Assembly: GCA_050115495.1 (NCBI GenBank)
Contig: JASFQK010000010.1
Span: forward strand, 1 to 64,000
Direction: 5' to 3'
DNA: 64,000 nt
Source of the DNA: Phycisphaerae bacterium
GTDB lineage: Bacteria > Planctomycetota > Phycisphaerae > UBA1845 > Fen-1342
Below, piece after piece: positions 27,645-34,932 of the stretch; the first letter of the stretch is position 1, and every line of letters begins with the position of its first letter. The notes below the pieces were generated by a model. It was not told the origin of the DNA and did no database searches. It saw only the letters and a list, made by a program, of their open reading frames with translations. A program made the position numbers and the translations under genes.

Positions 27645-27915
27645 GGTCTTGAGTATACGGTGCGGCGTGGGCGGGGCAATGCAGCGGACAGGCGCACGGT
27701 TGTTGAAGGTTGCTTGTCTGTGTCGACGAAGCCGGTGGCCTGCGGTCCGCGGCGGTAGGTGATGTGGGGGACGTCGGGAACGGTTCCGGCGGCGGGGGCG
27801 GACGCGGCAACCTCGGCGACTCGGACGTGTACAAGGGAGTGGGCGGCGTTTGGAATGAGCTTGCCGGCGTGCGGGGCTCGACGTTGACTCCAGTGTGCGA
27901 TTCGGGAGGTGTGGG

Positions 27916-28461
27916 ATGACCAGGGCACGACGTCTGTTGGTTTGTCTGGTGGGTGTGGTGGTGATTCTGGCGGGTGCCCGCGGCGACAGTGCCCTGGAAT
28001 ATCCTGCTCGCCGGATCTTCGCGTGTGCCTCTGGGAAGTACGGCTTCAATGTGGCGGCGACGGTGCAACGGGGTGTGATCAAGGAAATCAAAGGACGGCT
28101 TTTCACGTACGACGACAAAGGGAACGAGCGGACGCTGTGGGAACACGCGCTACCCTTCCTTCCAAAGAACGTACTGGTCAGCAATGATGGCGTCGTCGTG
28201 TCAATCGATGAGTGGTACCGGTCTGGTTATGCGCACTCGCTCGTGGTGATCGATGCGGCGGGGGGCGTCGTGGCCGATCATGCGCTGGAGGCGATCCTCA
28301 CGCCGGGGGAGATTCGCGACCGCGTGTTTCACACGGTGTCGAATCGCGTCTGGGCGAGCGGCGCGAAGTACGACTTCGAGAAGACGCGGTTGGTGATCAC
28401 GTTGAGCTGGGGCGAGCGCGTGCTGGTCGATCTGGCGACGGGTGAGATCACGCGGGATTGA
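27916..28461 (+). CDS. Hypothetical secreted protein (partial propeller-like)
   Basis: RBS GGGAGGT, signal peptide, VLVSNDGVVVSIDEW, VDLATGEI. Confidence 0.75.
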   Translation: MTRARRLLVCLVGVVVILAGARGDSALEYPARRIFACASGKYGFNVAATVQRGVIKEIKGRLFTYDDKGNERTLWEHALPFLPKNVLVSNDGVVVSIDEWYRSGYAHSLVVIDAAGGVVADHALEAILTPGEIRDRVFHTVSNRVWASGAKYDFEKTRLVITLSWGERVLVDLATGEITRD

Positions 28462-28469
28462 GGGCCGAC

Positions 28470-28599
28470 GTAGAGGTCGGACGCCACGTTGGCGTGCGGG
28501 GCGTTTGTTGGTATTCGACGTCGGCCACGGGGGGCCGACGCTACCAGATGACCGACGCAACGTGCGGCCGTCAACACACCGGTTACAAACCGGTGCTAC
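28470..28599. repeat. Cluster of GTAG-type REP-like palindromes
   Basis: Minus strand GTAG-CGTCGGCC-CCCCGT-GGCCGACG (28519-28544) and GTAG-CACCGGT-TTGTA-ACCGGTG (28577-28599); plus strand GTAG at 28470 followed by an ACGCCA/TGGCGT hairpin. Confidence 0.65.
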
Positions 28600-28634
28600 A
28601 GAGAAGACGTTCGGTGCGGGGACCGACGCTGCGA

Positions 28635-30020
28635 CTAGCGCTTGATTGAGCGGATGAACTCCTGCACCTCGGGGATCTGGCCCTGGTAGATGAGGTAGCC
28701 GTTGTAGGGCTCACGCAGCGTGATCTCGTCGCTGACGGGGGTGAGCATGATGCGGCGGACCTCGTCGCGGTCGTCGGACTGGCCGAGCGCCCAGCAGAGC
28801 TTCATGTAGGCGACCTCGGGCAGCATGTTCGCCGCCGGGACGACGCCGAGTTCCATGATCTCGCGGCCCGTCTCGTACACGTACATCTGCACGTAGCCCC
28901 AGAGCGTCTGCACCGTCATGTACATGTGCACGCCGGCGGCGGTCGCTCGGGCCAGGGCGTCGTACAGCGGCTTGTTCACGTGGCCGAGACCCGTGCCGGC
29001 GATGATGATGCCGCGATAGCCCTTCTCGACGATCGCGTCGACGATGTCGGGGTTCATGTTCGGGTAGTAGTAGAGGATGGTCACCTTCTCTTCGAACGCC
29101 GTGTTGATGGTGACCTCGCGGTCCGTTCGTCGATGACGGTAGTCGGGCCGTAGCGGCGTGATCTTGCGCGGGTCGACCGTGGCCAGCGGCACGTCGCCGA
29201 TCGTGCGGAAGGTCGAGCGATAGCTGGAGTGCATCTTGCGGACGCGCGTGCCGCGGTGCAGCAGGCCGTACTCGTCCGACGTCGGGCCGAACATGCAGAC
29301 CATCACCTCGGCGAGGTCGCTCTCGGCGGCGGCCTTCACGGCGTTGATGAGATTGAGGGCAGCGTCGGATGAGGGGCGGTCGCTCGAACGCTGCGAGCCG
29401 ACCATGACGATGGGCACCGGCGGGTTCTGCACCATGAAGGTGAGGATGGCCGCGGTGTGGTGCATCGTGTCGGTGCCGTGGCCGACCACGACACCGTCGA
29501 CGCCGTTGGCGATCTCCTCACCGATGCGCTGGGCCAGCTTGATGTACTGCTCGGGGCCCATGTTCTCGCTGAAGACGCCGTAGAGCTTCTCGGTGCGCAG
29601 GTTGCAGATGTCGGCCAGCTCGGGCACGGAGCCGTAGAGCTCGCCGGGGGAGAAGGCGGGAATGACGGCGCCGGTGCGGTAGTCGAGGCGGCTGGCGATG
29701 GTGCCGCCGGTACCGAAGAGGACGATGTTCGGCTTGCGCTCGTCGAAGGGGAATTCCTTCTCGGGGATCTTGTAGTGGGCCTCGCGGCGGCCGCGCTCGT
29801 GGATCTTGGTGATGGTGTCCGCGGCGATGCCGATGTTGTAGCCGCTGATCAGCTTGATGACGATGTGCTTGTCATCGGCCGTTTCGGAGCGGGGGAGGAT
29901 GATGCCGGCGAACTGACCGCCGGTGGATTCGATCTCGACGTCGCTCCACACGCCGACGTTGAACTTCTTCAGCGTGGCGGCGCCGGGGCCGCGGTAGCCT
30001 TTCAGGTCGTTGTTACTCAT
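28635..30020 (-). CDS. gatD: Glu-tRNA(Gln) amidotransferase subunit D (archaeal type)
   Basis: GatD N-domain (GIILPRSE..DDKHIVIKLISGYNIGI) plus asparaginase domain with GTGGTIASRLDYRTGAV, HGTDT, SQRSSDRPSSDA, RKMHSS, GTGLGH, VYETGR, MLPEVAYMKL. Confidence 0.95.
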   Translation of the reverse strand: MSNNDLKGYRGPGAATLKKFNVGVWSDVEIESTGGQFAGIILPRSETADDKHIVIKLISGYNIGIAADTITKIHERGRREAHYKIPEKEFPFDERKPNIVLFGTGGTIASRLDYRTGAVIPAFSPGELYGSVPELADICNLRTEKLYGVFSENMGPEQYIKLAQRIGEEIANGVDGVVVGHGTDTMHHTAAILTFMVQNPPVPIVMVGSQRSSDRPSSDAALNLINAVKAAAESDLAEVMVCMFGPTSDEYGLLHRGTRVRKMHSSYRSTFRTIGDVPLATVDPRKITPLRPDYRHRRTDREVTINTAFEEKVTILYYYPNMNPDIVDAIVEKGYRGIIIAGTGLGHVNKPLYDALARATAAGVHMYMTVQTLWGYVQMYVYETGREIMELGVVPAANMLPEVAYMKLCWALGQSDDRDEVRRIMLTPVSDEITLREPYNGYLIYQGQIPEVQEFIRSIKR

Positions 30021-31996
30021 CGTTTCGCGGTTTCCTTGCGAATCTGGTCGGAGGGGACGTCGAGCTCGGCCCGGAGCAGGCTGGCCAGGCGCGTGCCGGC
30101 GAAGCGGCCGACGTAGGCGGTCATAAGCTCACCCATGAGATAGCGGTACTTCTTGCCGCGGTTGGCGAAGCGCTCGTCGCCGCGCTTGGCGATCAGGGCG
30201 CTCATGCTGTCGCGCACTTCCTGCTCGGCGGCGGGTTGTATGTTCAGGGCGGCCAGGGCGGTCGTGACGCGCTCGTCGCCGTTGCCGTTGGGCGGCTCGT
30301 GCTGAAGGAGGTAGAGCAGAAGCTCGGCGATGCCCTCGCGGGCCAGCTTGCCGCCGGCGTGGGCCCGGAAGACGGCGAAGATCTCGTCATCCGTCAGGCG
30401 GTCGGGGTTGAGCCCCTGGCGGCGGTAGGCCTTCAACTGGCGGCAGAGCGTGACCGCCGCCAGCGTCGGGGCGATCTTCAACTCGTCGACCAGGCGGCCG
30501 AAGAGCGTCGTGCGGTCGGAGAGGGCCAGCGGGACGATGGTGTCCTCGGGGATGCCCAAGTCGCGGTACTGCGCCTCGCGCTCCCAGATGTACACGGGCA
30601 GGTCGGTCCGGGTGCGCTCGACGCGGGCGGGCTCGATGGCCAGCGGGGGCAGGTCGGTGTCGGGGTACATGCGCTCGGCACCGGGCAGGACGCGCTCGAA
30701 GCCGGTGGTACCGTCCTGGAGGACCTGGCGGGTATCGTTGGGCACGCCCTGCGTGGCCTCGCGGGCGCGGATGATGATCTCGTCGCAGGCGGTCGTCGTG
30801 TCGCGCTCGTCGCCCCAGACGAGGAGCAGGGCATCGTGCTCGTCGGCCCGGGTGCGGCGGCGGAGAGCCTTCCAGTCGCGGGCGGCGAGGGCCTCGGTGG
30901 CTGTGTCGGAGTGCACGAGGTTGGGCAGTCGCGTCAGGCAGGCGATGACCCGCACGCGGTCGGAGAACTCCTTCGCGAAGGTGGTGTGCTCCTGCGTGTC
31001 GGTGTTGAGGATGCCGGCGAAGCCCTTGAGCACGACGCACTTGACCCTCAGGCCGTCGGCCAGGGCGTTGCGGATCGGCTCGTAATGGACCTTGGTCAGC
31101 ATGCCGGTGACGTCGTGCGTGCTGTGGGCGAAGCTCTCCGGCGTGACGCCGCGGTCCTTCAGCGTTTCGCGAATCTGGAGGAGCGACCACTGCCGGCGGG
31201 CCTCGTTGTAGACCAGGCGCGGGATGCGCCAGATCTGGGGCACGCCCTTGATCTCGACGCGCGTGCCGCCACGGATGCTGACGTTGACGTCCTCGCGGGC
31301 GGCGCCGTAGCCGGTGCGGACCTTGTGCGTGCTGCGGCAGATCTTGCGGATGATCTGGCAGACGTCGGCGGTCTCCTGCGGCGTGTGCATGTCGGGCTCG
31401 GTGACGGCCTCGATCAGCGGCATGCCCAGCCGGTCGGTGAGCAGGACGCGGTCGTGGCCGCTGTCGGAGACCTCACGGCAGGAATCCTCCTCGATGGAGA
31501 GCTGCCGCATGCGGATCCGCCGGCCGGCGTAGGGCAACCAGCCGCCGACGCCGACGATCCCGGTGCGCTGAAAACCGGTGGGGATCGAGCCGTCGAGATA
31601 TTGTTTGCGGGCGATGTGCAGCTCACTGACGATATTCATATGCAGGAGCAGGCAGACTTCGAGCGTGATGTCGAGGGCCTCGTCGTCGATGAAGAACGGC
31701 GGGGTGTCGTCAAACTCGTAGGTGCAGACCGTGCTGTGATGGATGCGGTAATAGATGTTCTTCCGGGTCTTTTTCTCCATCAAGGCGGTGCCGTCGTACT
31801 CGCCGAGCTCGGAGAGCGTGGGCCGCATGTGACGGAGAATCTCGGCGTCGTACTCGCCGCTGTAGCGCCCGGCGGGGCAGCGGCAGAAGAGCTTGGTGCG
31901 CGTGAGAAGCTGTTGATGAACCTCCAGGCCGGACATCAGGCCGATATTGGCATAGTCCTCGGCGGTCATCTCCTCGAACGGCTTGAACGACGTCAT
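30017..31996 (-). CDS. gatE: Glu-tRNA(Gln) amidotransferase subunit E (archaeal type)
   Basis: GLEVHQQL..KLFCRCP, RPTLSELGEYD, DGSIPTGFQRT, EEDSCR, DRLGMPLIE, REDVNVSIRGGTRVEIKGV, AspRS-like GAD insertion, PGAERMYPDTDLPP; RBS AGGAGA; ATGA overlap with gatD. Confidence 0.95.
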   Translation of the reverse strand: MTSFKPFEEMTAEDYANIGLMSGLEVHQQLLTRTKLFCRCPAGRYSGEYDAEILRHMRPTLSELGEYDGTALMEKKTRKNIYYRIHHSTVCTYEFDDTPPFFIDDEALDITLEVCLLLHMNIVSELHIARKQYLDGSIPTGFQRTGIVGVGGWLPYAGRRIRMRQLSIEEDSCREVSDSGHDRVLLTDRLGMPLIEAVTEPDMHTPQETADVCQIIRKICRSTHKVRTGYGAAREDVNVSIRGGTRVEIKGVPQIWRIPRLVYNEARRQWSLLQIRETLKDRGVTPESFAHSTHDVTGMLTKVHYEPIRNALADGLRVKCVVLKGFAGILNTDTQEHTTFAKEFSDRVRVIACLTRLPNLVHSDTATEALAARDWKALRRRTRADEHDALLLVWGDERDTTTACDEIIIRAREATQGVPNDTRQVLQDGTTGFERVLPGAERMYPDTDLPPLAIEPARVERTRTDLPVYIWEREAQYRDLGIPEDTIVPLALSDRTTLFGRLVDELKIAPTLAAVTLCRQLKAYRRQGLNPDRLTDDEIFAVFRAHAGGKLAREGIAELLLYLLQHEPPNGNGDERVTTALAALNIQPAAEQEVRDSMSALIAKRGDERFANRGKKYRYLMGELMTAYVGRFAGTRLASLLRAELDVPSDQIRKETAKR

Positions 31997-32143
31997 AAGC
32001 GGCACTCTCCTGCTTCCGCGGACTTCGAGCCCGGTATCTTAACGCGGCGCGGCCAAACACCCAAACGGCCCGCCGGCGGTCGGCGAATCCCCAGCGGCCG
32101 GCCGGGCGGTTACAATGCGGCCCGGTGCAAAAGGAGGTGCCGG

Positions 32144-32914
32144 GTGCGGATTGTGTGTGAACCCAGCGTGTACCTGGTGGGCCGGCAGACGGTGGACGCC
32201 GCGGCCGTGGCCCGTTTCCTGGACGAACACGGCCTGTCCTGGTCGACGGATACCGAGGTCGGGGCCGAGACGCTCTGCGAGATGGCCGGCCGGGTCTGCT
32301 ACATGTCCTTCGGCCAGGGCCGCAAGACCAACGCCGAGTACCTGGGCAATATCATCGATTCGGAGCACGGCTCGGTCCTGGAGCATGCCGCCTGGAACGT
32401 GCTGATCACCGGCGTGTCGCGATCGTTCACGCACGAACTGGTGCGGCACCGGGCCGGGTTCGGCTATTCACAGCTCTCGCAGCGGTACGTGGACGAGAGC
32501 ACGGCCGATTTCATCGAGCCGGACTGCATCGCCGAGGACCCGGAACTGCACACCGTTTGGCAGGAGGCGATCGAGCAGGCCCATGCGGCGTACGTGCGGC
32601 TGGTCGCCGGCTTGCAGCGGCGGTTCGCGGATGAGCCGTCGGGGACGATGCGGCGGAAGATGGCCCGGCAGGCGGCGCGGAGCGTGCTGCCTAACGCCAC
32701 GGAGACGAAGATCTTCGTGACGGGGAACGGGCGGGCTTGGCGCCATTTCATCGAGATGCGGGCCAGCGAGCACGCCGAGGTGGAGATCCGCAAGGTGGCC
32801 CTGAAGATCCTGCGGCTACTCCAGGTGGAGGCGCCGCACGTGTTCGGCGATTACGAGGTTATCAGACTGGACAGCGGGGTGGAGGTGGCCCGCACCGGGC
32901 ATCGGAAGGTTTGA
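32144..32914 (+). CDS. thyX: FAD-dependent thymidylate synthase
   Basis: AGRVCYMS, HGSVLEH, RSFTHELVRHRAGFGYSQLSQRYV, ARSVLPNATET, HAEVEIR; RBS AGGAGG and TACAAT upstream. Confidence 0.97.
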   Translation: MRIVCEPSVYLVGRQTVDAAAVARFLDEHGLSWSTDTEVGAETLCEMAGRVCYMSFGQGRKTNAEYLGNIIDSEHGSVLEHAAWNVLITGVSRSFTHELVRHRAGFGYSQLSQRYVDESTADFIEPDCIAEDPELHTVWQEAIEQAHAAYVRLVAGLQRRFADEPSGTMRRKMARQAARSVLPNATETKIFVTGNGRAWRHFIEMRASEHAEVEIRKVALKILRLLQVEAPHVFGDYEVIRLDSGVEVARTGHRKV

Positions 32915-32947
32915 GCCGGCCGGCTGAAGGAGCAGCTTGTGAGGACG

Positions 32948-34045
32948 ATGCGGAGGTTCCCGGGCCGGTGGCTGGCGCTGCTGGTCGTGGTCGGCGGGGC
33001 GGCGCTGGCGCTGGCCGAGCTGGCCGACGTGTACCTGCGCAATGGCCTGCGCCTGCGCGGGGATGTGGAGATGACCGAGGAAGAGGTCATCATCCGCACA
33101 GAGTTGGGCGAGTTGCGCTATCCGCGGGACATGGTCGAACGGGTTGTGCCGGCGACGTCCAGCCAGCCGGCCCCGGAGACGCAGCCGGCGACGACGCAGC
33201 CCACCGAGCTAGCCGAGCCGGCCGAGCCCACGGAAGAGACCGGGCGAGCCGCGCCGCCGATGCTCTCGGCCCTGGACATCCAGCGGCTGAAGCTGTCTGA
33301 GCTGCGCGTCGACGGCGACCCGGAGAAGGTGCGCGTGCGCTTCGCCGGCCGGAACCAGCGCGAGTTGCCAGCCGAAGTGCTGACCGAGCTGACGACGCGG
33401 CCGAACTACCGGGATGTGTGGGAGGAGACCCTGTTGAGAGGCACGCCGCAGGAGAAGCTCCAGCTCATCGCCGCCACGACCGGCCTGAAGTACGTGGACC
33501 GCATCACGATCAACAACGACCCGGAGGTGTTCGCGGCATTTCGCAGCGGCGTGTTGCCGACGGTCGTGAAGTCGTGTGCCCGGCGGGGTTGCCACTCGGG
33601 CGACGATGCGGTGGACTTCCGGTTTCCGAAGGGGCCGACGACGAGCGAGGCGTACGCGTACACGACGTTCGCCCTGCTGGAACGGATGGAGACGAAGCAG
33701 GGGGTGATGATCAACCGCGACAATCCGGAGGGTGGCGTGCTGGATGGCAGCGTGCTACTCAGCTACCTGCTGCCACAGCGGGACAACCCGCAGGCCCATC
33801 CGCCGGTGCCGGGCACGCGGCAGTTCAAGCCGGGGCTGCGCGGGCGCGATAACGTGCTGTACGAGCGGATCCGCGACTGGATCAACCTGTTGCGTACGCC
33901 GCACCCGAAGTACGAGCTCGAGTACGAATTCCCGGCGGACCTGCCGGGGCTGACGCTGCACGAGGGCGAGGAGGAAGCGCCCGCGCCGGCGACGGAGCCG
34001 CGGCCGGCAGGGCCGTTCGACAAGCCGCCGGCGCCGCAGCCGTAG
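32948..34045 (+). CDS. Hypothetical exported protein with CX4CH motif
   Basis: Signal peptide; DVYLRNG..LRG N-terminal motif; ATTQP linker; SCARRGCHSG. Confidence 0.8.
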   Translation: MRRFPGRWLALLVVVGGAALALAELADVYLRNGLRLRGDVEMTEEEVIIRTELGELRYPRDMVERVVPATSSQPAPETQPATTQPTELAEPAEPTEETGRAAPPMLSALDIQRLKLSELRVDGDPEKVRVRFAGRNQRELPAEVLTELTTRPNYRDVWEETLLRGTPQEKLQLIAATTGLKYVDRITINNDPEVFAAFRSGVLPTVVKSCARRGCHSGDDAVDFRFPKGPTTSEAYAYTTFALLERMETKQGVMINRDNPEGGVLDGSVLLSYLLPQRDNPQAHPPVPGTRQFKPGLRGRDNVLYERIRDWINLLRTPHPKYELEYEFPADLPGLTLHEGEEEAPAPATEPRPAGPFDKPPAPQP

Positions 34046-34230
34046 CAGTTTCTATGGGTCGTGGGGCGCAGCGATTGCGCGGCCGGGAAAGTTGTATCGG
34101 GGTGGCCCCATAATTGGTGCATGCTGGAGCCTGCAAGCGGCGCGGTCGCGACGTTGTCGCCGCTGCGCCGAAATGGCCTTTCCTTTTGCCGGCGAGCAGT
34201 GCTATCGTTTGGTGAGAGAGTGTAGTCAGC

Positions 34231-34758
34231 ATGCCTCGAAACTACTTTGCCATTCTGGGACTCGCGCCCGGTCAGTACGACCCCGCCGAGATCACCAAGC
34301 GCTTTCAGCGCGAGCGGGAACGCCTGCTGCAAGCGCTCAGTGATCCGCGCAGCTACGCGCGAGCCCGGCGGCAACTCGACGACCTGCACCTGGCCTACGC
34401 GGCGCTGCGTCGGCCGCAGGCACAGGCGGCCGTGCTGGCGCCGCCGCCGGCAGCAGAGGAAAGCGGCGACGTCGCCCGCCTGCGGCGGATGATCGCGGCT
34501 TCGCTCGAAGACGGGCTGCTGCGTTACTCCCGGCGGCGCGACATTCTCGCCGCCGCTCAGGAGTTGGGTTTCTCCGACTTTCAGACACAACTGCTCATTG
34601 CCCAGGTGCAGTTCGGCGATGATCAGATTCCGTTTGGCACCGGGGCGGCCCGGCGTCAGCCGGCGAGTGCGGCGGCGCGGGCCTGGGCCGGGGCGACAGC
34701 CGTCGGTGTGCTGGCCATGATGATGTTCTTCGTGCTGATGCACTGGCTGGCGGGGTGA
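34231..34758 (+). CDS. J-domain-like membrane-anchored protein (no HPD motif)
   Basis: NYFAILGL...AEITKRF...LHLAYAALR; C-terminal TM. Confidence 0.75.
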   Translation: MPRNYFAILGLAPGQYDPAEITKRFQRERERLLQALSDPRSYARARRQLDDLHLAYAALRRPQAQAAVLAPPPAAEESGDVARLRRMIAASLEDGLLRYSRRRDILAAAQELGFSDFQTQLLIAQVQFGDDQIPFGTGAARRQPASAAARAWAGATAVGVLAMMMFFVLMHWLAG

Positions 34759-34932
34759 ATCCTTCCTGATCCTGACGAGCATGATGTGCGGATGATCCGC
34801 GCCGCGGGGCCTTTCGGTTCCGCCGACGAGCGGGTAGGGTCCGCGTAATCAGCTCGGCGTGCGCCCTCACGGGCCCGGTGATAAGGCCCTGGGGCGGGGG
34901 CGGCGAGCGATCAGCAACGTTCAGGAGCCGTC

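Noticed and set aside
27201..28184. 327-aa ORF as given in the track
   Set aside because: Only the last 147 aa are protein-like; the rest overlaps the plus-strand gene at 27916 and promoter DNA.
28635..30020. Plain L-asparaginase / GatB interpretation of the gat pair
   Set aside because: The GatD-specific N-domain and SRLDYRTGAV, SQRSSDRPSSD motifs, plus the GatE insertion domain, argue for GatDE.
30236..32143. Apparent 892-aa ThyX fusion in the ORF track
   Set aside because: The N-terminal 636 codons are the antisense shadow of gatE; thyX has its own RBS and GTG at 32144.
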